A stretch of 64,000 nt of DNA from Epithemia pelagica (GCA_946965045.2 OX337233.1:1798001-1862000), one strand, 5' to 3'; shown: positions 34,796 to 45,229, counted from the stretch's first letter. Made by a program: numbers and translations. Notes: a model not told the origin generated them from the letters alone.

Positions 34796-35389
34796 CAATT
34801 TTAGGCATGTGGGCACACTTGGAATCCAATGTGATATGTCATAGATGGGTGTCATGGAGTATCCAATGGTGACAGAGGATGTGTTAAGGAAAAAGTTTGA
34901 GCATCTACATGTTGCCGGAGGCCTAATATTGGTTGAGTTCTATCTAGTTGAACTATGTGCCCAATGGTACGTTTTCGCCCGTAATGGGCACACCCAGATA
35001 GAAGGCACTAGAGTGTCTCTTGTTCAGAGTATTCGGTATTCGTACTCGTACAAATACCGAGTCGAGAGACAAGTCTTGTGGTACTCACCATTGATAATCG
35101 CGCCGGCCGAAAGTCTCGCTCCCATACAATTATTTTTGATCTGTTACATTTCCATGGTGGACCGTGCTCCACACCGTTCCCCATAGATCCTTGCGATAGA
35201 CTGTCATCTAATCTAACTCTCTCTTAGTTCTGTGCGAAGAAGTTTAAGTATAGCCAATCGTCACAATCTTCGGAAACGATTCCATTGAGGCGGCGATTGC
35301 AACACAATCAATACACCGACAAGTTCCCGGTCGAACAAAACCAGGGTTAAGCACAAAAGCCAGCTACACAGACCAACTCATATGGCGTG

Positions 35390-37264
35390 TCACCCACTTT
35401 CCGACGGATAAATGACAAAATCATAATGTTCCCGAAATGCTTGGAGATTTTGCTCCGCCACAAGACCGAGCAAATCAAATCGTTCCTCACATGTCAAAGC
35501 AATACGCAAATAACTCCAGCAATGCACCGCTGAGGGATTTAGACTCAGTGTCTGTAAATAACATCGTGCTGCCTCAGCATAATGATGAAGGTTGGAATGC
35601 GAAATCGCCAAATTCAGCCATCCCCGAGCATACTTTGGTTTGAGTTTCAAGGCTTGATGATATGCCGGCAAGGCCTGTTCACTCCTGTGACTGTTCGCGA
35701 GAGTAGCGCCGAGTTTATTCCACAACTGATACTTGTCGCTCTCTTGTGTCGAGGAGTTTTGATTGGCCTGCAATGCCTTTTGAAACATGTCCACGGCCGC
35801 ATCATAGTCACCACTCACATTGTACACAACACCCAGTGCCTGTAAGACATCTGCCGATGGTGTTGGTTCCACTTCCAAGGCTCGAAGGAGAAGTTTCTGC
35901 ACTTCCTCAAATGCAGCCGAAGACGTGACTCGAGTGGTAGAATTGCCGTGCAACGTATTTGTACTGCTTCCATAGAGGTCGTCGGCTGCATTCAATAGTT
36001 CTACATGTCCAGCATACTTGGGATTGTGAGTGACCCAAGACAAGAGTGCCTCCAAAGCTTTCTCGTGATTGAGTTCGTTGACATAGGAAACTCCCAAATC
36101 CAAGAGAGCTTCGGCCGAATATGGATCTCGATCGACGGCATGTTCAAAGCAAAGAATGGCTTCGCGGTCTTGATCATTCTCCGCATGGCATCGACCCAGC
36201 ATTCTCCATGCTTTGGCATTGTTCGCATTGCCCAGCTGCAATTCATGTTCAAAAGCATGTATCGCTTCTTTGATGTCTCCGGATCGAAAATATTGCATTC
36301 CCTGTTCCATCCAATTCATATCGGGAAGTTCATTGGGCTGCTGGGCAACTTGATTGACAAATTGATAGGGTTGTAGTTCACCATCAGCAAGCCCCCCTTC
36401 CGCATCCAAGACTGAGGCTAAATGTGAGGCGTCTTGAGCCCACATTTCTTGTGCGTATTCTGCTTCCGCCTCAGCCCACGCCGCAGCTAAATCCTCAATG
36501 GACTGAGATGGAAGTTGATTCGCGTCCGAGACCGCATCATTCAAGTTATTGAGATCGTTTCTTTGTAGGTGATGAAGACTTTCCAAATGTTGTCGTATTT
36601 CATCCTTAAGCTGACTTTCATCTAACAAGTCATCTCCAAACGAAGCCTCAGTTCTTGTATCGGTGGCGGCAACGGAAGCGGTAGGCTCCAATTTCGCAGC
36701 AATCGATTGCTCATGACGTTGAGGTTGATGCTGTGCCTGATTCTGTTGATGCTGTGCCTGATTCTGTTGATGCACCATATGAGCTAGCTGTTGTTGTTGT
36801 TGCATCATCATAGATTGCATCATCATCATTTGCTGTGTATATGGATCGTGCTGCATCATAGGGTGTGATTGGTGTGGTGCCAACATTGATGGGGGTTGCT
36901 TTGGTAGGGGAATGGACGATGAAATCGATTGGCTTGGATGATCATAATAAACATCTCTCGGTAGAGAGGACTTTATTGCAGCTGCAGGCAATGGTTGAGT
37001 ACCGACAGTGGATGCCAGTAAATGCTGTGGATGCTGTGGTCGAGTTTCCGGAAGTGTCAATTCGGATGGAGGAGCCAAAGGCAGTGTTGTGGGTGCATGT
37101 TGATGAAACTTCCGTGGTTGCTGTTGTGAGGCATGACCCATCAAGGATTTCGCTGCAGCAGCGGCAACTTTGACGTCCATTACACCACCACTCGCGTTGG
37201 TCGATCCCAAGAGGGTTTGGACCGTTCGGTCAATCGCCGTGCCATTGACACCACAATCCGCCAT
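35390..37264 (-). CDS. PEX5: Peroxisomal targeting signal 1 receptor PEX5
   Basis: N-terminal MADCG Cys, WxxxY-type motif (WAEAEAEY) and a TPR array including AWRMLGRCHAENDQD, LGVSYVNEL and LWNKLGATLANS...ALKLKPKYARGWLNLAISHSNL. Confidence 0.93.
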   Translation of the reverse strand: MADCGVNGTAIDRTVQTLLGSTNASGGVMDVKVAAAAAKSLMGHASQQQPRKFHQHAPTTLPLAPPSELTLPETRPQHPQHLLASTVGTQPLPAAAIKSSLPRDVYYDHPSQSISSSIPLPKQPPSMLAPHQSHPMMQHDPYTQQMMMMQSMMMQQQQQLAHMVHQQNQAQHQQNQAQHQPQRHEQSIAAKLEPTASVAATDTRTEASFGDDLLDESQLKDEIRQHLESLHHLQRNDLNNLNDAVSDANQLPSQSIEDLAAAWAEAEAEYAQEMWAQDASHLASVLDAEGGLADGELQPYQFVNQVAQQPNELPDMNWMEQGMQYFRSGDIKEAIHAFEHELQLGNANNAKAWRMLGRCHAENDQDREAILCFEHAVDRDPYSAEALLDLGVSYVNELNHEKALEALLSWVTHNPKYAGHVELLNAADDLYGSSTNTLHGNSTTRVTSSAAFEEVQKLLLRALEVEPTPSADVLQALGVVYNVSGDYDAAVDMFQKALQANQNSSTQESDKYQLWNKLGATLANSHRSEQALPAYHQALKLKPKYARGWLNLAISHSNLHHYAEAARCYLQTLSLNPSAVHCWSYLRIALTCEERFDLLGLVAEQNLQAFREHYDFVIYPSESG

Positions 37265-37704
37265 GGCAATGCAAAGCTAATACGTGAAGCGCCTCTGCAC
37301 AACCAAATTACGGATCGCAATGACTTAATCAGACGAGAAGTGCTTTAGCCTTGGTTTCCGTTCCAAGATCAGCAGTGCATGCACCGGAAACAAACTCTCA
37401 AGAAGGTTCCTGGTTATGGTTATGGTTGGCCCAAATCCGAGTGTCCTGAGCGGTAACGACGATCGGTCATATAAAATGACCAAGAGAGGTTATGACGTTG
37501 TAGCGCTTGAGTGTATGATAGCGGGTGGCTAAGAGGGTTTAATTTCAGGTTCACTGATATTAAACCCTCAACACCGCCCCCGCTACGGAGTGGTCGTAGG
37601 GTTCGTACGATAGTCTTGAGGCTAAGTACCGTAAGGAGCATGGAAGACATGATGTGTGCAAGAGAGGTACTCCTACATCTTTATTCACAAATTTTATCGC
37701 CTCT

Positions 37705-38778
37705 CTACAGTGTTCCTTTGAAATTGGGACTGACCTGGGGTGGTGCTTGCAGGCCGTGAAGTCGATCTTCCGAGGACGCAGGAGTACGGGTACTGAACGA
37801 ACATACAAAGACGGATCGATAACCCGCCTCGACGGGCAAACCGGCATGTGTCACATCTCCTCCAAAAATCAAGGCAGAACCAGGTGGAGGTTGAAGCACC
37901 AAATCGGGCTCTGTTTGGGGATTCTCATCCACGTCACGATTGCCACTCCAGAATCCAGTTCCACCTCCCGTGAAATCAGACTCTGCCGCCGTCAATGGAA
38001 TCAAGACTGTCAAGGCCAAGTGGTCCTTGTGAGCACCAAAATATCCACTGCTTTCGTACACGTTGATTGCCGGTTCTCCCTCCGACCATTCCAATTCACC
38101 CATCATGTAAAGTTCACGGAGGCCATCGCACGTATCGGCGAGGTGGTCCAATGGTGGGACTGTGGGTTGTTCTAGGTAGGCATTCAAAGGCTGCCTAGAA
38201 AGCCATTCTGCGCTTGGTTCGAAAAGCGCTTTATATATAGAGGGAATCTCCTCATCAATGTAATCCAAGATACGCAACAGAATCTCATCGCATTGAAGTA
38301 CAATTTCATTGGAAAAGCACGTAGGGTCCGACACACTCATCCGAGTGCGCCCACGAGATGCACTCCCTCGTCGTTGACATGCTTCCATACCAACGGCAAA
38401 CAGCGCTTGACAATCCGAAGAACTTGCCATGTCTGGAAGGCACATTACCACCTCACCACGACCAATCGCTAAGCCGAGACTTGCTGTGATGCCGTCTTCT
38501 CCTCCCTCACTGTCGTAGTACTCGTCCTCTGCGCCGAGGTCCAGCCAATGTAGTGTATAATCATCCGGGGATTCAAGATAGGAATCATCCATCAAGTCGC
38601 TTGAATCAGTGGACGAAGCTCGGCTGGATATGATCGCACCTTCATTATTCCTTTCGTGACCACTGATTCTTATACCTTCAAAAGCAAGAGGCGAAAAGCC
38701 GTCGCAGATATATACAGAAGTGAAAAGCAAGTAGTAGAGGATTCTCCATTCCATGTTTCGCATCATCAGAATGAGCAA
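37705..38778 (-). CDS. 2-oxoglutarate/Fe(II)-dependent oxygenase (prolyl 4-hydroxylase-like), probably plastid-targeted
   Basis: INVY...FGAHKD (HxD), FTGGGTGF, THAGLPV (distal His) and RSVFV. Signal peptide ends CDG|FSP, an ASAFAP-like motif. Confidence 0.8.
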   Translation of the reverse strand: MLILMMRNMEWRILYYLLFTSVYICDGFSPLAFEGIRISGHERNNEGAIISSRASSTDSSDLMDDSYLESPDDYTLHWLDLGAEDEYYDSEGGEDGITASLGLAIGRGEVVMCLPDMASSSDCQALFAVGMEACQRRGSASRGRTRMSVSDPTCFSNEIVLQCDEILLRILDYIDEEIPSIYKALFEPSAEWLSRQPLNAYLEQPTVPPLDHLADTCDGLRELYMMGELEWSEGEPAINVYESSGYFGAHKDHLALTVLIPLTAAESDFTGGGTGFWSGNRDVDENPQTEPDLVLQPPPGSALIFGGDVTHAGLPVEAGYRSVFVCSFSTRTPASSEDRLHGLQAPPQVSPNFKGTL

Positions 38779-39161
38779 AGGGAGGAGAAAAGATTTTCAG
38801 ATAGAAAAATGAGGGGTTGGATTCCTTTCGTCTGTCATTGGTCAGTTTTGGATAAAAAATAATGTCAGGGAATGTCTGTCAGGAGTCAGGACTCAGGACT
38901 CAGGACCCCAACCACAACCACCCCCAACCAACCCCAAACACCAAACACACAAACCCAATCCAGAATCGGTATTGCATAGTAGGAGTACAGAGTACGAGTA
39001 CTCATAAAATATGAAGACGATCCGTTGAATCATTTCTTAAGTGACCATGACCATGTGATTGATGGTGTCTCCTGCGAAAAAGGGACTGAAAACTATCCAG
39101 TATGCGTTCCATCAGATCATTTCAAGCTGACAGAGATGACAAGATTTGTCTGTCTCATAAT

Positions 39162-39432
39162 TTGTTCAGTCACAAATATGTCACAGTCACCTTGGCAATC
39201 AAAACAATCGAACTTACATTCTGGGATACGGCAACGAGTGAAAAATAAAGTTCTACCATCGGATGATAGACAGGCCGAACCTTCATTACACAAACTATTG
39301 ATCGGGGGAGGGAAAGGTGTGGCTTCTGACCATAAACCGTCTTCGAGTTTACTGTAGTAAAGATCTTCGCTGTATTTGGAATTAATTCCGGTGAATTTCG
39401 AATCGTAGGTTTTCTTAGTGACAATCCGCCTG
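39162..39432 (-). pseudogene. Bacteroidota PD40/OmpA-family gene, 3' fragment (continuation of 49447-50166)
   Basis: This frame is not in the ORF track and was read by hand: RRIVTKKTYDSKFTGINSKYSEDLYYSKLEDGLWSEATPFPPPINSLCNEGSACLSSDGRTLFFTRC...CQGDCDIFVTEQ, a PD40 repeat signature. Confidence 0.85.
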
Positions 39433-39712
39433 CCCTCGGCGAATTGCTTGCTAACGCTGCAGTCCTTTGGTAGCTTTAGGGAAAGACTCCGCTGGTTGGT
39501 TGTGGCTTCTGATGACTAGGAGTCATCGGGAGCCTGCCAACAGCGGAAACGCTGAGGAGTAGATCATCGGGATCTAACCCTCTAGCGTCTGCACCACATG
39601 TCTTTGCCTTGACTAGCCACCACAGCTGACTGCGGAGTGTGAGGGAGTAGCCGATAGGACGATTGGAGGGCGTAGGACATGGGCACAAAGATACGGTTGC
39701 GGAAGAGGTGAG

Positions 39713-40693
39713 ATGAGTTCTGCAGCTCGGAGAAGAGAAGTAAGCGAAACGACGGCTGAACAACTGGATCGTTTAAAAACAGTTGTCGAGGCACAACGCA
39801 AAGAATTGCACTGCGCTTTAGGAGGAGTGGATATCGCGCAAACCGAGCTGGATAAGACTCGCGTGTTGCACGCCCAAGAGCGTCAACATTTGGAAGACGT
39901 GCAAGGCGGAATACTTGCATCCAAAGAGGCGTCGGTGATTCAGACGCAGAAAAACGTGCGAGAGTTGGTGGGCGACCATCAAGCGGAGATCGATCGACTA
40001 GTGACCCGTGTGTGTGAAACTTTTGCGGAGGAAGGAGGAGACGGGGAAGACTTCGTGGAAACGGTGTTTCGAAGAGCATCGCCAAGCAACAAGAAGGTCG
40101 TGGTGGCTCTAGAGCTGTTGTTTCCGCACCCGGAAGACCAAGAAGTCGTTTTCCACCAGATTTGTGGATTGGCCTTGGCTGGCGGACGGGAGAGGCCTTC
40201 TGCAGAGGAGGTTGTGGAACAAAAAGTGGCCGTTGTTCGTGAGTTGTTCGCACAGAACTCTGCCCGCCGTGGATTGCCTGTGCCAGTTCCCGGAGGGAGA
40301 GCCGCGACGGCTGCCGCAGCAGCCGACGGAAAAGATAAGAAACCCGAGGCGGGTAAAAAGAGGTCCGAAGGGAAAGGAACTGGTGAAGCGTTTTCGAAGC
40401 GCGAGAAGCGTTCTTTGGAAGAGTGGTTGGGCCAACCGGGTTTCAGTACCCTACCCAAGAAGCAGCGCAAAAGCAGTACCCCTGTGAAGAGGAGCGCGAG
40501 TGTTTTGCCCCAGGAGAAAGGCAAGGGGTCGAAATCGATTAAGGAAACTCCTACGAGGGAGAATACGGCGACGAGGGAAAACACGGCGACAGAGGACGAG
40601 CCGTTGTCGGGGAAGAAACATTTACCGGAAGTGGTTGTCCTGTCTGGCGATTCGTCGGGACGCGCGTCGAAGTTGGAATCAGACAGTGAATGA
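39713..40693 (+). CDS. Antisense ORF A inside the YR retroelement (coiled-coil, basic/low-complexity C-terminus)
   Basis: 326-aa ATG ORF with a heptad-like N-terminus and an 18-bp internal duplication (TRENTA x2). It lies within the element boundaries. Confidence 0.6.
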   Translation: MSSAARRREVSETTAEQLDRLKTVVEAQRKELHCALGGVDIAQTELDKTRVLHAQERQHLEDVQGGILASKEASVIQTQKNVRELVGDHQAEIDRLVTRVCETFAEEGGDGEDFVETVFRRASPSNKKVVVALELLFPHPEDQEVVFHQICGLALAGGRERPSAEEVVEQKVAVVRELFAQNSARRGLPVPVPGGRAATAAAAADGKDKKPEAGKKRSEGKGTGEAFSKREKRSLEEWLGQPGFSTLPKKQRKSSTPVKRSASVLPQEKGKGSKSIKETPTRENTATRENTATEDEPLSGKKHLPEVVVLSGDSSGRASKLESDSE

Positions 40694-41286
40694 AGATGGA
40701 GGAGATGGCCGAGTTGATTGACGAGCTGGATCAGATGGCGGATAGGCAGGCCCAAATGGCCGAGATTATGGGGGAGTTGGGACGGATGGCCGAGAGGCAA
40801 GTGGAGATCTCTAGTCGATTGCTTGAATTGAAGGAATTGACGGAGAGGAGAGTGCAGCAGGCGATTAATGTGGTGGCGGCAGCGAACGCGGCTGTGGCCG
40901 ACGGAGGAGGAGGGGGGGAGTGGGAGCCCGATGGAGTGGGCCCAACGGGCAGAGATGGAATGCGAGAGGGCACACCACGGGGCCGAGAGGAAGGGTCGAC
41001 GGCCCGTGGAGGAAGATGGGGCTGGCGAGTGGCAGGCAAAGGGGTGGGTGGACCGAGTCCCCGTGGACGTACGAGTCCACGAGCACAAGGTGGATTTCGG
41101 GGTCGGCGGGCGAGCCGTGGATCGGAGGAGCGTTTCAAAGTTGGGGAGCGGGTCCGGATTCGAAACCCAAACGATCCCGCTGACCCAACTGGGCGGGTGG
41201 TGAAGGTAACAGACGCACGTATCCACGTGGAGACCAACAATGGCGTGCGTTATTCTCGAGCGGACAAGAACGTAGCGAGGATTTAA
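40690..41286 (+). CDS. Antisense ORF B inside the YR retroelement (coiled-coil + RG-rich linker + KOW/SH3-like domain)
   Basis: 198 aa; starts in an ATGA overlap with the ORF A stop. C-terminus FKVGERVRIRNP...TGRVVKVTDARIHVETNNG is KOW-like. Confidence 0.65.
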   Translation: MKMEEMAELIDELDQMADRQAQMAEIMGELGRMAERQVEISSRLLELKELTERRVQQAINVVAAANAAVADGGGGGEWEPDGVGPTGRDGMREGTPRGREEGSTARGGRWGWRVAGKGVGGPSPRGRTSPRAQGGFRGRRASRGSEERFKVGERVRIRNPNDPADPTGRVVKVTDARIHVETNNGVRYSRADKNVARI

Positions 41287-41354
41287 TGTTGGAGCGGACG
41301 AAATAGTGATACCATAACAGAATAGTGAGATACATTTGATGTGAATAGTGGTAG

Positions 41355-42767
41355 TTAAATATTTAGGACGCCCGCAATGGCCGCTTGACTATGAGGACCA
41401 ATTGCTTTCGAGCAGTCACGGAGGTAGTGTTTGATCGAGTCTTCTTGCCATCTGAGTCGGAAGGCAATTTGGGGAAGGGGAACTTGAACGTTCCACAACG
41501 CCACAGCGGCTGTGACGCGTGTAGAATGGGCAACGAGCAAGTGGGCGTGACGCCGGTGGTAATTGTGAGGGTTTGGGTACGCCTCCAGGCAAGCTTGACG
41601 GAGGGCTTTGATGATATCGGCCGACCGAAGGTAGGCTATTTTCCCCGGTTTTACCTGATAGGAGGCCAGGGGCAGGTGGGCTCCGACTTGGAGGGAGAGG
41701 GAGCGGCGGGCAATTGAACAGGATGCGAGCACGGGACAGAGATAAGGGTGGCCGGAACGACGGAAGATGCGTTTCGTGAAATTATGAGCGCTTTTGTCAT
41801 GCCGAAAGCGGATCTGGACTGCCGAGACGGTGTGCTCGTGTTTGGGGAGGGAAGCAAGTGGAAGCATGTCGTTCGCTTGAGTCAAGAAGACGAAGTCACT
41901 GGAGACAAAGGCAATAGGTCGGTCGTTCCAGGATGGATCATTGGGACAATTGGGAACGGCCGCGAAGACAAACTTTGAGCCAGAGGTTTGGGCAAATTCA
42001 CTGGCACGGGAGCCGGTGAAGAGGCCAAGCCGGACCCAGTCGAAGAGAGTTGCGTCAAGTGACGAAGGAGGGGCCCCGACTGCACGGCAATAGAGCACGC
42101 TAAGGATGGCATCGGTGATGGGTTCCTTACGATCGCGTGGACGTTGCCAGCGACGATGAAATTGTAATGGGTCGGATAGCATTGGGTGCAGCAGGGTTGA
42201 GTTGGTTGGGTTGGAGATGTTAACAGGGCGGTTGAGGGCAACCTGAAGTGCGGAATGGGCAGCAGTTACGTAAGATTGAATGGTATCTGCCGCCAGGTCG
42301 GACCTCCGGTAGTAGTTCTCGCCGTTTGTGACGTGATGTAGGTAAAGGTGGAGGATGTGTATGCATTCGTTATCGGTCAGGCGAGATAAAAGTTCGGGGG
42401 TGAGGTGATTGCGAGCGGACCATCGGGAAAAGTGAGCGCCTCGAGAGTCCAAAGTTCGATCATTCTTGTTCCTAGGTCGTCCTCGGTCCTGTTGAATTTG
42501 AAGTTCGTTAATATCACTGATAGCAACCTGGAGGGCACGCGGTAGGCGGTGGATGGGTCCAGCACTGGCTTGGACTGCTCGATAACGGAGGCCCAAGTGG
42601 GCGCAAGGGACGGGCGGGACAACAGGTCGGCATTGTGATTGAGCTCGCCCGCAATATGCGAGGCCTGTAATTGAACGGGAATAGGGGCAGAAGTGAGCAT
42701 GGCTTGAAAAAGACGAGCAAGACGACGAGTTGCGGGCCGCTTGGCACGGGCGGCATGGGAGAGCCAC
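41355..42767 (-). CDS. Tyrosine recombinase of the retroelement
   Basis: LGLFTGSRASEF (Arg), FRHDKS (Lys), HSTRVTAA (HxxR), LRWQEDSIKHY (Trp/Tyr). Overlaps the RT ORF by 391 nt in another frame. Confidence 0.9.
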   Translation of the reverse strand: MALPCRPCQAARNSSSCSSFSSHAHFCPYSRSITGLAYCGRAQSQCRPVVPPVPCAHLGLRYRAVQASAGPIHRLPRALQVAISDINELQIQQDRGRPRNKNDRTLDSRGAHFSRWSARNHLTPELLSRLTDNECIHILHLYLHHVTNGENYYRRSDLAADTIQSYVTAAHSALQVALNRPVNISNPTNSTLLHPMLSDPLQFHRRWQRPRDRKEPITDAILSVLYCRAVGAPPSSLDATLFDWVRLGLFTGSRASEFAQTSGSKFVFAAVPNCPNDPSWNDRPIAFVSSDFVFLTQANDMLPLASLPKHEHTVSAVQIRFRHDKSAHNFTKRIFRRSGHPYLCPVLASCSIARRSLSLQVGAHLPLASYQVKPGKIAYLRSADIIKALRQACLEAYPNPHNYHRRHAHLLVAHSTRVTAAVALWNVQVPLPQIAFRLRWQEDSIKHYLRDCSKAIGPHSQAAIAGVLNI

Positions 42768-45229
42768 GAGAGCGCCGACGTGTTGTCGGTGCGCATGGAG
42801 ATGACAAGGGTCTGGGGTTGCGGGGTGGCGTGAGAAGCCACTCGCTGCAGGAACCAGAAGTTTATGAGAAGGACGACGAATTCAAGCAAGTTGATGTGCC
42901 ACAGGGCATCGGGCGTGTCTTGAGTTGGATCGGATAATTTGGTGGACTGCATATCTTTTGGCAGGATGAAGCCCAGGCGAAGTAAGTCGGGTTTGGTCAG
43001 TCTCCACATGAAGGGGTAGTGGGTGGATAACCAGCCTCCCAGCCCTTCAATGGAGGCGTCGCCCAAAATTTCAAATTGCGAAACCCGCGGGATGCATAAA
43101 GCAATGGGACGGGTCCAAATGTGGGTCCGAGAAGAATGGAGGGTGGCCAAGAGCGTTCGGAGGTCCATAACGGTTTCTCGGTTGAGGGTGAACCGGGTTT
43201 TGTGCCAAAAGGAGGCGGCACGGGTGGATTTGCCTGCTGCTGCGGTGGCACGGAGGCGGTCGTTGAGTGCATACTGTAGGGACAACGTGTAATAGATGCC
43301 CAAGAGTGAGACTGGGGCGCTGTGACGGACGAGGCCCAGAATCGTGGCCGCCATTTGCGGGGAAAGCCGACGCCCGTCGGAGGGCGTGGTGGGAAGGTCG
43401 AGGGCGTGTTGAAGATAGACCTGTAGTTGTGTCTGTTTATGGGACGGCCAGGAAATTGTCATAGTTCGAGTGTTGATGATATACCCCAAGAATTTCAGGC
43501 TGTGACTGATGTCACGCACAAATTTTATTGGATTAATAGGGTCGGGTCGATGGGGGTCTTCGTTGGGGAAGCCGAAGGTGACGTATGCGGCGAGAATACT
43601 GCTATTGACTAACCGGTGGATCTCCGAGCGGATGGCCGCTCCACCGGTGTCGTCAACGAACGGAGCATACACCGGACGAGGAAAGGAGGACGGTTGGGAT
43701 GCTAGCAAGTGGGAGGTGCCTTGATTGAGAGCGTCGGGAGTGGCGGTCGTTAAGGTTCTGAGGGTGCGGGGGGACGGAGGGGGTGGGATAGCAATGGTGT
43801 CCGCCAAGAGAGTACGAGCGGAAGTGAGCTCGGCAAGGTAACGAGAGAGATGGGCTCGTAGCTCCCCCGGTAGCATGTAGTAGGAAGGACTGTTTTTGGC
43901 GCCAAAAATCATTCCAATGGGTATGATTAGGAACCAGCCGAGGACGCTTGCAAATGCTAAGGCAGCGTTGGGGTTGTATGTGACCCGACGGAAGGCGGCA
44001 CTGATATCATCGGCGCTGAGCAGTATGTCTTCCGAGGGATGGTCAATACGCAGATTGTAGATGTACCGCAAAAAGCGTAGGAAAGCCGTGCCGTAAGCCA
44101 CCGCGGGGTTACAGTCATCGTCATGTCCAGCATCAGGAATTTGGGCATTGGTGTTGCCGTCATCAGTGTCTGTGATTTTGGAGCTTGGATCGATGCACAA
44201 GCGGCCGGTGTCGCCGATGCGGTGGGGTTTGGGCGCTACCCAGTTAATGAGTGAAATGAAAAGACCTGGGAGGAACCGCCAGATAATGCGGGGAAGGAAA
44301 AGATGATACTGTAGCTGTTCCTCTTTCTTGAACTTTTTGGTGATTTCCTCTAAGTTTTCTTGGACCCCGGGGTAGTTGTCAAGGAGGTTGCGTTGGGAAA
44401 CGGCAACGCGACTACAGGAATAGTGGCCTGCGAGAGGGGCGCCCAGGTGAAAAAGTTGCCAAGTGCGGGCATAGTCCAACCGTGGATAGTCCGGTGGGGG
44501 CTCAAAAGCTTTGACGCGGTCAATGATGTCGAAGGTGTCTGCCAGGCGTCTGTGATGATTATTGTAGATTCCGCCAAGCCAGCGGTACATGTCCGCATAG
44601 ACGAAGTTTGCGCGACAAAGGGCAACGGCAAGCAGAAAAGCCTTACGGAATGGAAGGGGTTGGGATTTGTCTTCGCAGGGGGGTATGCGACAGACAGCGA
44701 GAGAGGTGCCATGAGCAGCGGCAACGCGGAGACGATGATAGAAGTGGAAGCTTGGCGAGGAGGCGACTAGGTTTTGTTGGTCCTGTGGGGACAAAAAATC
44801 CCATGCGTAGTGACCGAGCAATTCAGGGGAAACAACATGGGGTGAGGTTGCAGCAAGGGGAGTGCCGTCAGGAGCAGCATGGGATGTGCCGACGTTGAGA
44901 CGGTCGGGACCGAAACCAATTCTTTTGCGATGGTGTGTGAACGACCAGAGAGGGAACAGGGGAAGAATTCCCCAGTTGGGCACCAAGGAGGAAGAGGCAA
45001 GGAGGAGTTGGGAGCGATCGGCGTCGGTCAAAAAGGGGTTGACGGTGGTTAACACCGTGTGCAACGTTGGCAACTCATAGGAGATCCGAGAGGGGGCAGC
45101 ACGTGGGTGAGAAGGAAATACTGGTAGCTTGGGGACAGTAGGGACAGCCTCAGTAGTGGGAGCGGGAAGGGAGAGGAGAAGATCTGCCGTAGAGGTGGGA
45201 TAAAATGTTTCTGGTGAAGTGGGAGGCAT
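42377..45229 (-). CDS. Reverse transcriptase / RNase H (DIRS-type)
   Basis: SADDISAAFRRV, GMIFGAKNSP, FVDD, LKFLGYII; RNase H motifs GDAS, HINLLE, TDNTSA and NHNADLLSR. Confidence 0.92.
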   Translation of the reverse strand: MPPTSPETFYPTSTADLLLSLPAPTTEAVPTVPKLPVFPSHPRAAPSRISYELPTLHTVLTTVNPFLTDADRSQLLLASSSLVPNWGILPLFPLWSFTHHRKRIGFGPDRLNVGTSHAAPDGTPLAATSPHVVSPELLGHYAWDFLSPQDQQNLVASSPSFHFYHRLRVAAAHGTSLAVCRIPPCEDKSQPLPFRKAFLLAVALCRANFVYADMYRWLGGIYNNHHRRLADTFDIIDRVKAFEPPPDYPRLDYARTWQLFHLGAPLAGHYSCSRVAVSQRNLLDNYPGVQENLEEITKKFKKEEQLQYHLFLPRIIWRFLPGLFISLINWVAPKPHRIGDTGRLCIDPSSKITDTDDGNTNAQIPDAGHDDDCNPAVAYGTAFLRFLRYIYNLRIDHPSEDILLSADDISAAFRRVTYNPNAALAFASVLGWFLIIPIGMIFGAKNSPSYYMLPGELRAHLSRYLAELTSARTLLADTIAIPPPPSPRTLRTLTTATPDALNQGTSHLLASQPSSFPRPVYAPFVDDTGGAAIRSEIHRLVNSSILAAYVTFGFPNEDPHRPDPINPIKFVRDISHSLKFLGYIINTRTMTISWPSHKQTQLQVYLQHALDLPTTPSDGRRLSPQMAATILGLVRHSAPVSLLGIYYTLSLQYALNDRLRATAAAGKSTRAASFWHKTRFTLNRETVMDLRTLLATLHSSRTHIWTRPIALCIPRVSQFEILGDASIEGLGGWLSTHYPFMWRLTKPDLLRLGFILPKDMQSTKLSDPTQDTPDALWHINLLEFVVLLINFWFLQRVASHATPQPQTLVISMRTDNTSALSWLSHAARAKRPATRRLARLFQAMLTSAPIPVQLQASHIAGELNHNADLLSRPSLAPTWASVIEQSKPVLDPSTAYRVPSRLLSVILTNFKFNRTEDDLGTRMIELWTLEALTFPDGPLAITSPPNFYLA

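Larger units (their letters stand above)
31613..34800 (-). mobile_element. Truncated hAT element 2 (one end retained) with Nth-like cargo
   Basis: Begins CAGGGTTGTGAAGT like the other elements' TIRs, with an AAGTA(A)/TTACTT subterminal array at 31620-31930. Carries the Nth-like fusion (+) and the transposase C-terminus (-). The other TIR and the second TSD copy are missing. Confidence 0.8.
31567..35008. mobile_element. MITE-like element (~250 bp of own sequence) interrupted by hAT element 2
   Basis: 51-bp inverted repeat with 1 mismatch at 31562-31612 and 34963-35013. The continuation of the arm (GGGCACA) reappears at 34811-34817. Flanked by TA inside a CTCTAGAG palindromic site; TA versus CTAG as the TSD cannot be resolved. 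Confidence 0.55.

Noticed and set aside
39979-41226. 415-aa minus-strand ORF (and similar ORFs 45049-45840, 33467-34315, 5848-6255, 52078-52668)
   Set aside because: These are shadow or alternate frames of better-supported ORFs in GC-skewed or low-complexity DNA, with no motifs.
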